A program made the translations under genes and the position numbers. From Candidatus Omnitrophota bacterium (lineage in GTDB: Bacteria; Omnitrophota; Gorgyraeia; JABMRN01; RBG-13-46-9): a DNA stretch of 64,000 nucleotides. The stretch spans positions 1 to 64,000 of the forward strand of contig JABMQJ010000001.1 in NCBI GenBank assembly GCA_013203315.1. The letters are read 5' to 3'. This document shows, one piece after another, positions 10,002 through 19,870 of this stretch. Position 1 is the stretch's first letter. Every line of letters begins with the position of its first letter. The notes under the pieces are model-generated. The model saw only the letters and a program-made list of their open reading frames with translations. It searched no databases and was not told the origin of the DNA.

Positions 10002-11058
10002 AATATTGCCCCAATGATATATTTAGGTCAGTAACGGGTAACTTTTCATTAGTAAATACTCTTAATTTTAGGGATTTTAATTTCTCGGTTACTTTTGTCT
10101 TCAGGAATTTATTCTGGAATACGCCGCCTGATAAGGCGATTTTATTTATTCTTTTACTTCTTGATAGGGATTTTACGGTATCCGCGATAACGCTTGCCAT
10201 GGAATTATGAAATTTCGTAGCTATAATAGATTTCTCTACACCTTTTTTAATATCCTTAAGCATGTTTAAAAAAATACTTTCCGTATCGATTACATAGATT
10301 TCTTTCTCTTTTGACGTACGAAATGCGTAGGCTTCGTTTATTCCTCTACGGCACATGGCTTCAAGTTTTATGGGGCCTTCCGCCTCATGCGAAGCATACA
10401 AGCATATCCCGAGAAGCGCGGCCGCTGCGTCAAATAGCCTACCTGCGCTTGAGGTAAGAGGAGAATTTATACCTCTTCTACACATCATAAGGACTGCTTC
10501 TTTTTCTTCTCTTCTAATGCCTTTTAAGAAAGGAATCGCCCTCTCTCCCAGAATACTCAACACCATTCTCCAGGGTTCGCTTACAACTTTCTCGCCGCCC
10601 GGCATCTTATAATACTTTAGATGCGCCAATCTCTTGAAACCTTTTTTATCGACCAGTAAGAATTCTCCGCCCCATATATTTCCGTCGGTCCCGAATCCTG
10701 TACCGTCGAAAGAAACGCCTATCACAGGACCCGCAAGGCCATGCTCTTCAATAACACTTGCTATGTGGGCATGGTGGTGTTGAACCGGCTGTAAGCTATA
10801 AGCTTTAAGTTGTAGGCCGGATTCATTTACGATTTTTCTGGAAAAGTAGCCCGGGTGCAAATCACATGCGATAACATCGGGTTTAAACTTTTTAACGGCT
10901 CCGCGCAGTTCTTTTTTAAATAATTCGTGATTCCCTGCATCGCTCAAATCCCCTATATCAGGACCGAAGCTTAAAGTTTTACCCTTCGCGACAAGAAATT
11001 TATTTTTCATGTCGGCTCCGAGGGCCAGTATTGTTTTTTCTTTTTTATTCGACATCAA
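9973..11058 (-). CDS. hypF: Short HypF carbamoyltransferase (Kae1-like C-terminal domain only)
   Basis: ACDLHPGY, VQHHHAH, FDGTGFGTDGNIWGGE, SSAGRLFDA, LSGGVFQN; 361 aa, no acylphosphatase, Zn-finger or YrdC domain. Confidence 0.88.
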   Translation of the reverse strand: MMSNKKEKTILALGADMKNKFLVAKGKTLSFGPDIGDLSDAGNHELFKKELRGAVKKFKPDVIACDLHPGYFSRKIVNESGLQLKAYSLQPVQHHHAHIASVIEEHGLAGPVIGVSFDGTGFGTDGNIWGGEFLLVDKKGFKRLAHLKYYKMPGGEKVVSEPWRMVLSILGERAIPFLKGIRREEKEAVLMMCRRGINSPLTSSAGRLFDAAAALLGICLYASHEAEGPIKLEAMCRRGINEAYAFRTSKEKEIYVIDTESIFLNMLKDIKKGVEKSIIATKFHNSMASVIADTVKSLSRSKRINKIALSGGVFQNKFLKTKVTEKLKSLKLRVFTNEKLPVTDLNISLGQYYVSCNPCKN

Positions 11059-11287
11059 ATGACACGACCTCTATGCGTGATGCCAAAAAAAACGTAAGTT
11101 CTAACTCCACGCCTTCAAGCATCGTTCCCTTTGCAAGGGTTTTAAATGTTTCTCTAAAGGAAGCTTCTTTTATACCTGTAAATTCCCCGATCTTAAGGCG
11201 AACCTTTGATATGGACTTCGCCCCTTCTTTTTTCGCGTGTTCACATATGCCTTTTATTACCGGCTCTATCATGTGCGTTTCATGCAT
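11045..11287 (-). CDS. hypA: Nickel metallochaperone HypA, lacking Zn-finger
   Basis: MHE Ni motif, LKIGEFTG, LEGVELEL; no CxxC pairs; 80 aa. Confidence 0.85.
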   Translation of the reverse strand: MHETHMIEPVIKGICEHAKKEGAKSISKVRLKIGEFTGIKEASFRETFKTLAKGTMLEGVELELTFFLASRIEVVSFDVE

Positions 11288-11723
11288 TGCCTAACTCCTC
11301 TGTTATTTCGTCCAGGGTTTTTTTAAGCGTATCGCTCATTTCATCGCCGAAAGCCATTCTTTCCGGTTGAACGCCCAGCATGTAAATAGCGGCATGCGTC
11401 TGGCTTCCAACAAACTCCATGAACATTCGCGGTGACATGTCGTGCGTGGTAAACCCGCTTTTTAAAATCTCATCCGGTTTTAAAACTTGATATCGGCCCG
11501 GCGGAAGATCTAGGTGCGCGGCGTCGACAAGCAATATGGTGTCGGGTTCGGCTTTTACGATTTTTCCGGTATAATTTTCAGGCGCGGTTCCGGCGTCAAT
11601 GCAAAGCGCTTTTGTTTTTCCGAGGAGTCTTCCTACGAGAGCCGGCCCAAAACCATCGTCGCCCTTTAACACATTGCCTATACCGACAATGACAACTTTA
11701 CCTTTAAGTATATTTTTTAACAT
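11280..11723 (-). CDS. hycI: Hydrogenase maturation endopeptidase (HycI type)
   Basis: GIGNVLKGDDGFG, DAGTAPEN, VDAA, TTH. Confidence 0.93.
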   Translation of the reverse strand: MLKNILKGKVVIVGIGNVLKGDDGFGPALVGRLLGKTKALCIDAGTAPENYTGKIVKAEPDTILLVDAAHLDLPPGRYQVLKPDEILKSGFTTHDMSPRMFMEFVGSQTHAAIYMLGVQPERMAFGDEMSDTLKKTLDEITEELGNA

Positions 11724-11766
11724 AGTTTTTATCTAGAAACTTTTTAATTTTTTACGCTTTTGCGTG

Positions 11767-11918
11767 CGAAATAGAATTGTGTTGGTTGCCGGAGCGACTG
11801 TCAAAAATTGCGAATACAATCGCGCCATATAGATCATGAGCAATTTTTGTCACAGCGAGCGAGGGGCGCGCATCCCCGAGCGATCGGCAAGCGGAGGCAA
11901 CGACACAATTCTATTTCG
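11767..11918. repeat. Nested inverted-repeat (MITE/REP-like) element
   Basis: Outer arms CGAAATAGAATTGTGTTGGTTGCC / GGCAACGACACAATTCTATTTCG; inner arms CTGTCAAAAATTGC / GCAATTTTTGTCACAG. Confidence 0.75.
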
Positions 11919-12522
11919 TCGTGAGTGTCGTCTCTCTCCTGCAGCGGGCGCACAAGATCTTCGCCCTGTCAGAACGCCCGTCATCCCTTAACGCGGATAT
12001 AATATTTTCATCTATAATACCGAGACTTTTGAGGCGTGACAGGTATAAGGTGGGATTTGAATACGTTAATTCTCCTATTTTTTCGGATATCCACTTTAAA
12101 TGGTCCTTGCAAGCAACCGGCGAGGAGCAAATTTCACAAAGCGCCAGTTCTTTTTCAATAGTTTCTTCCGCTTTAGTTCTGTCAAAAAACGAAAGCTCCC
12201 AGTCATTTGAAAGCTTTATGCCTTCGTGATCCGAAATACAAGCGGCCTCGCATTGACCACAGAAAATACAAGTATCCGTATAGTGAATCATTAATCGCTT
12301 TGGGTTCTTCTTATCATCTGTTATGTCTTTATGCGCAAGGGCGCCTACCGGGCAAACCTCTTCGCAGGCAAGACAACCTACGCATTTTTTATCGTTATAT
12401 TTTGGCTGTCCCCTGAAATTCGGGTGCGGCTTATGCGGGACCTTAGGGAACTTAGATGTATAAGGCCCTACTATGAGCGCCTTTACTGCTTCTATTACTT
12501 CTCTAATTTTAGGTAACTTCAA
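11911..12522 (-). CDS. 2x[4Fe-4S] subunit (NuoI/HycF/MbhN-like) with extra Cys-rich C-terminus
   Basis: FRGQP, CVGCLACEEVCP, CIFCGQCEAAC, CEIC...CARC. Confidence 0.9.
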   Translation of the reverse strand: MKLPKIREVIEAVKALIVGPYTSKFPKVPHKPHPNFRGQPKYNDKKCVGCLACEEVCPVGALAHKDITDDKKNPKRLMIHYTDTCIFCGQCEAACISDHEGIKLSNDWELSFFDRTKAEETIEKELALCEICSSPVACKDHLKWISEKIGELTYSNPTLYLSRLKSLGIIDENIISALRDDGRSDRAKILCARCRRETTLTTK

Positions 12523-12857
12523 ATCTCTCCCTCTTTATCTGCCTTATATTTATCAACAACGCTGCGATCCCAGAGCTTAACCCCCGCCCTATGCGCGCCC
12601 CTGGCTATAGCATGAGCCGCTACGGGTGAAGTCAGCATGAGAAATATTATACAAAGGAACGCTTTCATGCCGGCTGCAGTGCAACCTACTATGAGGAACG
12701 TTCCTAAGAGTATACTACAAGTGCCTAACGTAACGCACTTTGTCGCGGCCTGAAGCCTATTATACACATCGGGAAGCCGTACAAGGCCCAAGCAACCGAG
12801 CACGTCAAAAGCAAGTCCGACACTAATAAAAATAATTCCGATTGTACTACTCATCAA
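12519..12857 (-). CDS. mnhG: Mrp/Mnh antiporter subunit G
   Basis: GLVRLPDVYNRLQAATK, TSPVAAHAIAR. Confidence 0.92.
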   Translation of the reverse strand: MMSSTIGIIFISVGLAFDVLGCLGLVRLPDVYNRLQAATKCVTLGTCSILLGTFLIVGCTAAGMKAFLCIIFLMLTSPVAAHAIARGAHRAGVKLWDRSVVDKYKADKEGEI

Positions 12858-13215
12858 ACCCCTTCCCTTCCAGGTATTTGGAAAGCGCCAAGGTGCTTAT
12901 AAAGCTTTGAAGTGCCCACGCAATCCCTATATCCATGTACCAGGACCGTTCGGTGGAAATAGTTAATAACGCGCACAAACCCACTATCATGATCCCGAGA
13001 ATGTCTATTGCCACAATCCTGTCAGCGCCGGTCGGGCCTTTCCAGATACGGTACAGGCTAAGAACGCATGCCAGGACAATTACGTAAACCATCCTGCCAA
13101 AAAATCCGGCATAGGGTAGCCCGGGATAAAAAAGAGACGGCAGCGGCCGCATCAGAATCAGCGTAATGACGGCTACCATGACGACTGCGCCTATAAACCA
13201 TCTCAAAATCTTCAT
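12847..13215 (-). CDS. mnhF: Mrp/Mnh antiporter subunit F
   Basis: RIWKGPTGADRIVAID. Confidence 0.9.
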   Translation of the reverse strand: MKILRWFIGAVVMVAVITLILMRPLPSLFYPGLPYAGFFGRMVYVIVLACVLSLYRIWKGPTGADRIVAIDILGIMIVGLCALLTISTERSWYMDIGIAWALQSFISTLALSKYLEGKGFDE

Positions 13216-13224
13216 TTTTCTCTC

Positions 13225-13722
13225 CTAGTCAAAAATCTTCTTTAGTATTTTCTCAAAACGTTCCACGATGATCTTCGTCGCAATTTCTGTGTCCTTCGAC
13301 TTTACGTCTATCCAGTGTATGTATAAGACGCTTTTTTCGGGGTCAATATCCACGGTAAGCGTTCCCGGTGTAAGCGTTATGGAATTCGCCAAAAACGTAA
13401 GCGCCGTATCTGATTTCAGGGTTGTCTTGACCTTAACGATGCCCGGATTTATCGGTAAAGCGGGATGTAAGACCCTGTAAGCTACATCCAGATTTGCTTT
13501 TATAACTTGCCACAAAAAAACGGGTAAATAATGCGCGAAGAAATACCAGTAGCGCAACGGATGTTTTAATACATGAGGCCTTTTTATAAATAGGTCCCCT
13601 GTCAGGATGGCCACAAGAAGTGCCGCAAAAATTCCGACAATAATATGTTGTATATCAGGTACCCAGGTTAAAAGGCACCATACAAAAAACGCTATTGCGA
13701 ATAAAATAACTCTTCTTATCAT
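13225..13722 (-). CDS. mnhE: Mrp/Mnh antiporter subunit E
   Basis: KANLDVA, PGIV, LANSITLTPGTLT. Confidence 0.93.
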   Translation of the reverse strand: MIRRVILFAIAFFVWCLLTWVPDIQHIIVGIFAALLVAILTGDLFIKRPHVLKHPLRYWYFFAHYLPVFLWQVIKANLDVAYRVLHPALPINPGIVKVKTTLKSDTALTFLANSITLTPGTLTVDIDPEKSVLYIHWIDVKSKDTEIATKIIVERFEKILKKIFD

Positions 13723-15224
13723 TTTACGCTACCTAAAATTACTTTTGCGTAACCGGTTCCTTCTATAAGTACATTCGATGCGCTACCCAGAAAACCTTCG
13801 TTTACACCCGAGATAAGCAATGCCCCGCCGATTACGCATATGAGGGCTAAAGCCAACATCGACACCTTCATGAAAACCGGCACTTCTTTAACTTTATTCC
13901 ATTTTTCTTTAAGCGTCCCGAAAAACGCGTATTTCATGACCTTTGTAAATGAAGCCAGTGTGAGTAAGCTAGCCAAGACCGCCCAGAACGCAAACCACGG
14001 CTTTCCTGCCTGCACCGCGGCGATTATAATTATAAGTTTGCTCCAAAAACCGTTAAAAGGAGGAATTCCGGCGATCGACATCGATGCCACCAGATTAGTA
14101 CCGCCTGTAACGGGCATTTTACCCATCAGTCCGCCCATTTTCTTTAGATCGCGTGTCCCTGTCGAATATTCGACAGCGCCTGAATTCAAAAACAAAAGCG
14201 ACTTAAACACTGAGTGATTAAAAAGATGAAATAGCCCGCCGAATATTCCAAGAGGCGTGCCCAGGGCAATACCCAAAATAACATAGCCAATCTGGCTTAT
14301 GGAGTGATACGCCAAAAGCCTCTTTAGATCCCACTGGCCTATTGCCAGGAATACCCCTACAACCATGGATAGCGTGCCCAATACTAAAAGCGCCGAGGCT
14401 ACGGGCGCTGTTATTCCTATTACGTTATAAATTATCCTGCAAAGCGCGTATATACCCAAAGATTTAATTAAAACTCCCGAAAGCATCGCGGATATCGGCG
14501 CCGGCGCCGAAGGGTGCGCGTCCGGAAGCCACGCGTGAAAAGGAACAAGCGCTGCCTTAAGCCCGAATCCCATTATGAACAATACGCTTACCATTACAGT
14601 TATGTTGTTGGCCCCTTTTTGCGTTAAAACACGGGCCATATCAGCCATGTTTAACGTAGATGTAAAGCTGTATAAAAATGCTATGCCTAAAAGAACAAAC
14701 AGTGAACCGACAGTGCTCATCGCCGCATACTTGAAAGCGGCTTCCAGTTCATGCTTCTCTGTTCCGAAAGCAACAAGCGCATAGCTGGCAACCGATGCTA
14801 TTTCCAGAAACACAAAGAGGTTGAATAAGTCACCTGTTATAACAACGCCGTTCATGCCGGCCAGCATGAGAAGAAACAGTGTGTAAAACTTCCATTTCGA
14901 GGTAAAGCGTTCCATGTAATTTACCGCATAGATTCCGACAATAAAGGCTATGAGGTTGACTGTAACCAGCACAAATGATGAAAAGCCGTCCAGAACCATG
15001 GCTATTCCTATAGGAAGCTTCCATCCGCCTACGCTATAGACGAGCGCTCCGTAAGCGTTAACTTTAAAAATGCTTAAAATCGAAATCGCAAGAAGCGCAA
15101 GTGTCGTAACGCTACCAATAATATCGGGTAACCACTTTATCTTTTTGGCGAGAAGCGCGGTTAAAAACGCCCCTGCCAGTGGTATGACAACAAAAAAAGG
15201 TATAATATTAACAGCGCCTGTCAT
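13719..15224 (-). CDS. mnhD: MrpD/MbhH-like antiporter membrane subunit
   Basis: DLFNLFVFLEI, KAALVPFHAWLPDAH, KRLLAYHSISQIGY, GIPPFNGFWSK. Confidence 0.9.
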   Translation of the reverse strand: MTGAVNIIPFFVVIPLAGAFLTALLAKKIKWLPDIIGSVTTLALLAISILSIFKVNAYGALVYSVGGWKLPIGIAMVLDGFSSFVLVTVNLIAFIVGIYAVNYMERFTSKWKFYTLFLLMLAGMNGVVITGDLFNLFVFLEIASVASYALVAFGTEKHELEAAFKYAAMSTVGSLFVLLGIAFLYSFTSTLNMADMARVLTQKGANNITVMVSVLFIMGFGLKAALVPFHAWLPDAHPSAPAPISAMLSGVLIKSLGIYALCRIIYNVIGITAPVASALLVLGTLSMVVGVFLAIGQWDLKRLLAYHSISQIGYVILGIALGTPLGIFGGLFHLFNHSVFKSLLFLNSGAVEYSTGTRDLKKMGGLMGKMPVTGGTNLVASMSIAGIPPFNGFWSKLIIIIAAVQAGKPWFAFWAVLASLLTLASFTKVMKYAFFGTLKEKWNKVKEVPVFMKVSMLALALICVIGGALLISGVNEGFLGSASNVLIEGTGYAKVILGSVK

Positions 15225-15559
15225 CCCTTAAGCTCCTTAATCTTTGTAATATCGAACGTGCCGTATTTTTCATAAATGCGCATCGCTATGGCTACAAGTA
15301 ATGCCGTGCTCGCTAAGCTTATAACGATAGCTGTCAGTACAAGCGCGTGCGGCAGCGGATCCACCATGTTTGTGATAGTCGTATCCGGTGAAAGTATGGG
15401 GGCCCTGCCGTTCATGCGGTATGCCACCAGAACAAAAAACAGGTTAACCGCGTATTCTGCGATAATAATGCCGATGATAATCTTAATGATATTGCGCTTC
15501 CTAAGAACGCAATATATCCCTAAGCAAAAAAGCAAAAGGCAAAGTAAATATATTCCCAT
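15221..15559 (-). CDS. mnhC: Mrp/Mnh antiporter subunit C
   Basis: DPLPHALVLTAIVI. Confidence 0.92.
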   Translation of the reverse strand: MGIYLLCLLLFCLGIYCVLRKRNIIKIIIGIIIAEYAVNLFFVLVAYRMNGRAPILSPDTTITNMVDPLPHALVLTAIVISLASTALLVAIAMRIYEKYGTFDITKIKELKG

Positions 15560-15560
15560 G

Positions 15561-16007
15561 TTATTTCTCCGAATCCAGGTTTAACACAACAAGCGCTACG
15601 AATATCGCGAATAGACCCGCGCCCACCTTTAAACTGATTGCTATGTTACAAAGCGGTATAATACCTGCGCTAAAAAGTTTGAATGGCTCGCCCTTACCGA
15701 GAAAATTCAGGAAAAAGTAGCCGCCGGTAAATCCTAAGAGCGCGATCAATAAGAATAGTGTCGCGCCCACGCTTTCGAAAAATGATGCTGCCGATCGTGA
15801 GACCTTGCGCAGCGCAGTTTCTTTACCGTAGGCTAGCATCAAATGCACGAAAGAAAGCGCTATTATTACGCCGCCGGCGAATCCCCCTCCGGGCGAAACG
15901 TGGCCGTGCAAAATAATGTATATACCATAGAGTAGTATAAGCCCTACCGTAAGACGTGTAATCGTTTTTACTATAAGGGACATTCCCTTTTTATGCTCCC
16001 TACTCAT
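15561..16007 (-). CDS. mnhB: MnhB-domain subunit
   Basis: HGHVSPGGGFAGG. Confidence 0.9.
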   Translation of the reverse strand: MSREHKKGMSLIVKTITRLTVGLILLYGIYIILHGHVSPGGGFAGGVIIALSFVHLMLAYGKETALRKVSRSAASFFESVGATLFLLIALLGFTGGYFFLNFLGKGEPFKLFSAGIIPLCNIAISLKVGAGLFAIFVALVVLNLDSEK

Positions 16008-16552
16008 TATTCTTCTTCCTCAAGTTTTTCGGAGTCTTTTTTGCGTCCTACCCGTCGCACGATGGCCAAGACGCCTATTACTGCCGTAAATAGTACCGTC
16101 GCCTCACCCAGGGTATCAAAGGCCCTGTAGTCCAGTATAACGGAACTAACAAAGTTTGTGGCGCCCGTTTGTGAAAGGCCGTTTTTCAGATAGTTACCGG
16201 CGACCCTCATTATTGGGTATCCGAATTCCGGCAAATCTTTAAGGCATTTGTTTGCGATAAACAGAAATACGCCGATAAAACAAACCGTGATAAATGTATT
16301 TAACATCCATCTTCCTGATGTTGAAAACGGAAGGTCTTTTTTTAAGGTTGCCCTGATCAAGATAATAAGTGCCAATATTTCTACTACGAGCTGGGTAATC
16401 GCTACGTCAGGTGCTTTAAGTATTAAAAATACTATCGAAAGCCCGAGGCCCACCGCGCCCACCGCTACCACCGAAGAAAGTAAATCCTTTACTTCAATGG
16501 CGATTATCGCCCCGACAATCATGAATATCAATAAAATATAAAGTTCTACCAT
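16007..16552 (-). CDS. DUF4040 + MbhE-like subunit (MrpA C-terminal equivalent)
   Basis: APDVAITQ, NFVSSVILDYRAFDTLGE. Confidence 0.88.
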   Translation of the reverse strand: MVELYILLIFMIVGAIIAIEVKDLLSSVVAVGAVGLGLSIVFLILKAPDVAITQLVVEILALIILIRATLKKDLPFSTSGRWMLNTFITVCFIGVFLFIANKCLKDLPEFGYPIMRVAGNYLKNGLSQTGATNFVSSVILDYRAFDTLGEATVLFTAVIGVLAIVRRVGRKKDSEKLEEEE

Positions 16553-18210
16553 ATGTGTTTAAATAAAATGTAAAAAAGAATTATCATCCCAAGAAGGCAC
16601 CACGCCAGGTATGTAGGGAGTATCCCGTTATGGACATAACGCAGTATGCCGTTAAAGCCAAACGTTATGCTCTTCCCTACTTCGTATATGTCAAAAAGTT
16701 TCTTTTCGGCCATTTTATAAATAAATTTCAAAATCCCTATATCGCTTACCGTATTATAAAACTCGGTTCCGGATACCCTCATGTCCGGGTTATCTTTAAG
16801 CGTCTCTCCGCCTACAAAAATCTCGGTCTGTCTTGTTTTAGTTGCCGTGCCCAATAAATAAATTATGAAACCTATTATTATGCCGACGATCAATAAAATA
16901 GTAGCCAACCCCGAACCCCAGAACCCGGTAAATACAACATTCATGTTGAGGCTCGGTAATATAAGCATTTTAAGCGGTATTGCGAGGGCAAAAACACCAA
17001 AGATAACGCAAAGCGAAGCCAGTAAAACAGTCGGGATCCACATTGCCGGGCCGACTTCTGTAATTTTACGGTTTTTAGCCGGTTGTCCCAAAAATACGGC
17101 ATGTATTAATTTCATGAAGCTGGCCAGCGTAAGAGCGCTTCCGAACATGGCCGCTACGAGCCATACTATCCAAAGCCGCCCGCCGGCTTTCGCTGTTTCA
17201 ATTATTCCCTGGTAAACCATCCACTTCGACGCGAAGCCGTTAAAAGGCGGCACACCCGATATGGCGAATGAGGCTATTAAAAATGTTATGAACGTAATCG
17301 GCATAAACTTTGCCAGCCCGCCCAGTTTACTCAGATCCGTTGTCCCGGTTTTCTTTTCAACTGCGCCGCCCGACAGGAATAAGCATGATTTGTATATGGC
17401 GTGGTTTAACATGTGAAAAATACCGCCGGCTATTCCTATGGGAACGCCTGTTCCTATTCCTAAAACCATGTAACCTACCTGGCTTACGGCGTGGTAACCC
17501 AAAAGTCTTTTTAGATCGTGCTGCACGAGCGCCATCATGACTGCGGCGATTATTGTTACGCTACCGACAATAAGAAGCACTCGATTCATGGCCGGATCCA
17601 TCTGGAATACGTCTAAAGATATTCTCGCAAGAAAATATATGCCGAGTAATTTATCCAGTGATGCCGGTAAAAATGCCGTGACAGGTGTCGGCGCATCTTC
17701 TGCGGTATCCGGAACCCATGTGTGAAAAGGCATGGCGCCCGCTTTTGCGAAGGCCCCGGCTGCCAGGCACAAATAAGCCAAAACAGCGAGTCTGGTATTA
17801 AACGCGATGCTTAATTTATCGATATTCAAAGAACCGTTGAGATGCCAGATAAAAGCGAGCCCGAGCAGCATGAACGCATCGGTCCCACCTATTATTATGA
17901 ACGCTTTCTTTGCAGTGTAAGAGGTTCTTTCCTTTCCGCCAAAATCTATCAGAAGATATAGTAGCAAACCTAAGAATCCCCAGAATATCATGAGAATAAT
18001 CAGGTTGTTGGCAAAAACCACACCGAGGGATGCAACTATCGTGAGCACTATATATAGGTAATAGTGGCCCAGGCCCTTTCTCTTTTTCATGAACCCAAGA
18101 GAATAGACTATGGTCAAAAGAGAAAAGAAGACAATGAATATTCCTATAAAAACGGACATACCATCGACTTTAAAAAGCGCTTTTCCCAGAAGATCAGGAA
18201 CTAAATTCAT
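16546..18210 (-). CDS. Second antiporter-like subunit (MrpA/NuoL/HyfB-like)
   Basis: KAGAMPFHTWVPD, KRLLGYHAVSQVGY, GVPPFNGFASKW. Confidence 0.88.
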   Translation of the reverse strand: MNLVPDLLGKALFKVDGMSVFIGIFIVFFSLLTIVYSLGFMKKRKGLGHYYLYIVLTIVASLGVVFANNLIILMIFWGFLGLLLYLLIDFGGKERTSYTAKKAFIIIGGTDAFMLLGLAFIWHLNGSLNIDKLSIAFNTRLAVLAYLCLAAGAFAKAGAMPFHTWVPDTAEDAPTPVTAFLPASLDKLLGIYFLARISLDVFQMDPAMNRVLLIVGSVTIIAAVMMALVQHDLKRLLGYHAVSQVGYMVLGIGTGVPIGIAGGIFHMLNHAIYKSCLFLSGGAVEKKTGTTDLSKLGGLAKFMPITFITFLIASFAISGVPPFNGFASKWMVYQGIIETAKAGGRLWIVWLVAAMFGSALTLASFMKLIHAVFLGQPAKNRKITEVGPAMWIPTVLLASLCVIFGVFALAIPLKMLILPSLNMNVVFTGFWGSGLATILLIVGIIIGFIIYLLGTATKTRQTEIFVGGETLKDNPDMRVSGTEFYNTVSDIGILKFIYKMAEKKLFDIYEVGKSITFGFNGILRYVHNGILPTYLAWCLLGMIILFYILFKHIW

Positions 18211-19394
18211 GCCTTTTTACCTAGCTTTCGCCTTATTTTTTCTGTCTTTTCCTGTGATAGACGAACCAAGTCCTCGCCGTTATACAACATTTTCCCCTTG
18301 GTATTTCGTACAGCCATTCTTTCTGTGCAGCAATAGCACGGGTCGATAGCGGCCAGAATGATCGTAGCATCTGATATGGTTTGCCCAACAACAGTTGCTT
18401 TATACGTAGGCAGGTTCATGAATGTTGGGGCTCTCACCTTGTGGCGCACGGGCCTGTTCGTACCGTCTGTTTTTACGTAATGGAAAGTTTCTCCGCGCGG
18501 CGCCTCTATATGGCCTATCCCTTCTCCCGCCGGAATACTCTTTAGATTTAAATCGATGTCACCTCCGGGAAGATTCTGGAGGCAATATTTAACTATTTTT
18601 ATTGATTCAAAAGTCTCAAGTATCCTTACAACTGCTTTATCAAAAACATCACCGTTTTTGGTCACGATCATGTCCCATTGCATTTTATCATAGGCGCCAT
18701 AAGGACAATCTTTCCTGAGGTCCCTTGCAACACCGGAAGCACGGGAAGTTGGCCCTAGAGCCGAATAATTTATAGCATCTTCCTTGCTTAAAATGCCTAC
18801 GCCTTTTGTTCTAGCATGCAAAACCGGGTCATCTATGACGGCTTTTTTTAGCATAATAAGCGTTGGCACAATGGAGTCTATTTTCTTTAAACAAACAGGT
18901 ATGTCTTCTGCTTTTATGTCGCGTCTTACGCCGCCGGGTTTAAACATGGCGTAGTTATTTCTATTACCCGAGAGAATCTCCATGACATCTAAGATTTCTT
19001 CTCTCAACTTCCACGCCCACATGTAAACTGTGTTATATCCTAAAAAGTGTCCAGCAAGTCCGAGCCACAACAGATGTGAATGAATTCTCTCACCCTCAGC
19101 GATTATGGTCCGTATAAATTTAGCTCTCTCGGGAACCTCTACGGATATTACGTCTTCTACGGCCCTGGTATGAGCATAAGGATGGCTCGTTGAGCATATA
19201 CCGCAAATTCTCTCTACGAGAAAAGTAGCCTGGTCAAAGGTTTTCGACTCGGAGAGTTTTTCTATGCCGCGATGGTTATAGCCGACCTTAACGTCTATGT
19301 CTATGACCGTTTCACCTTCAACAGTGAGCGTAAAAAATTCCGGCTCTTCCTGCAGCGGGTGATACGGGCCTATCGGCACTATTGTCTTTGCCAT
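18207..19394 (-). CDS. Group 4 [NiFe]-hydrogenase large subunit
   Basis: L1 ERICGICSTSH and L2 DPCYCCTER with cleavable C-terminal extension; GPYHP, HRGIEK. Confidence 0.95.
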   Translation of the reverse strand: MAKTIVPIGPYHPLQEEPEFFTLTVEGETVIDIDVKVGYNHRGIEKLSESKTFDQATFLVERICGICSTSHPYAHTRAVEDVISVEVPERAKFIRTIIAEGERIHSHLLWLGLAGHFLGYNTVYMWAWKLREEILDVMEILSGNRNNYAMFKPGGVRRDIKAEDIPVCLKKIDSIVPTLIMLKKAVIDDPVLHARTKGVGILSKEDAINYSALGPTSRASGVARDLRKDCPYGAYDKMQWDMIVTKNGDVFDKAVVRILETFESIKIVKYCLQNLPGGDIDLNLKSIPAGEGIGHIEAPRGETFHYVKTDGTNRPVRHKVRAPTFMNLPTYKATVVGQTISDATIILAAIDPCYCCTERMAVRNTKGKMLYNGEDLVRLSQEKTEKIRRKLGKKA

Positions 19395-19870
19395 TAAACT
19401 CCTCTATCCCTGATTGCTTTTTTATCCCACTCTTTATAATCACGCCTTAGGGGATAAACGCCTTCGGGCCACTCGTCCGGTAAAAGTAATTTTCTTAAAT
19501 CCGGATGGCCCTTAAAGTTTATTCCCAGAAGTTCGTGTATTTCTCTTTCGATCCAGTTGGCGGCTTCAAAAGTATTGGCAAGTGAATCGATTTCCAACTT
19601 TTTCGATTTTTCCAGTTTTACACGCAGAGAAATTATTAGATTAATTTCTTCAAAAGTAAAATGATAAAGAATTTCCATGTGGTCTCTCGCATCTAACCCA
19701 GAGGCTATGTTAAATCTGGCGCCGAGATCCTTAAAAATATATTTTGCGACCTTTACTATGGACTCGGGTTTAATTTCCATGTAAACCCTCTTCGAAGATT
19801 TATCAAATACGTCGATGATGTCCGAACTGAATCTCTCGCAAAGGTCTTTTATGATACTTGTTTTTGTCAT
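19394..19870 (-). CDS. NuoC-like hydrogenase subunit
   Basis: WIEREIHELLGINFKGHPDLRKLLL...YPLRRD. Confidence 0.92.
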   Translation of the reverse strand: MTKTSIIKDLCERFSSDIIDVFDKSSKRVYMEIKPESIVKVAKYIFKDLGARFNIASGLDARDHMEILYHFTFEEINLIISLRVKLEKSKKLEIDSLANTFEAANWIEREIHELLGINFKGHPDLRKLLLPDEWPEGVYPLRRDYKEWDKKAIRDRGV

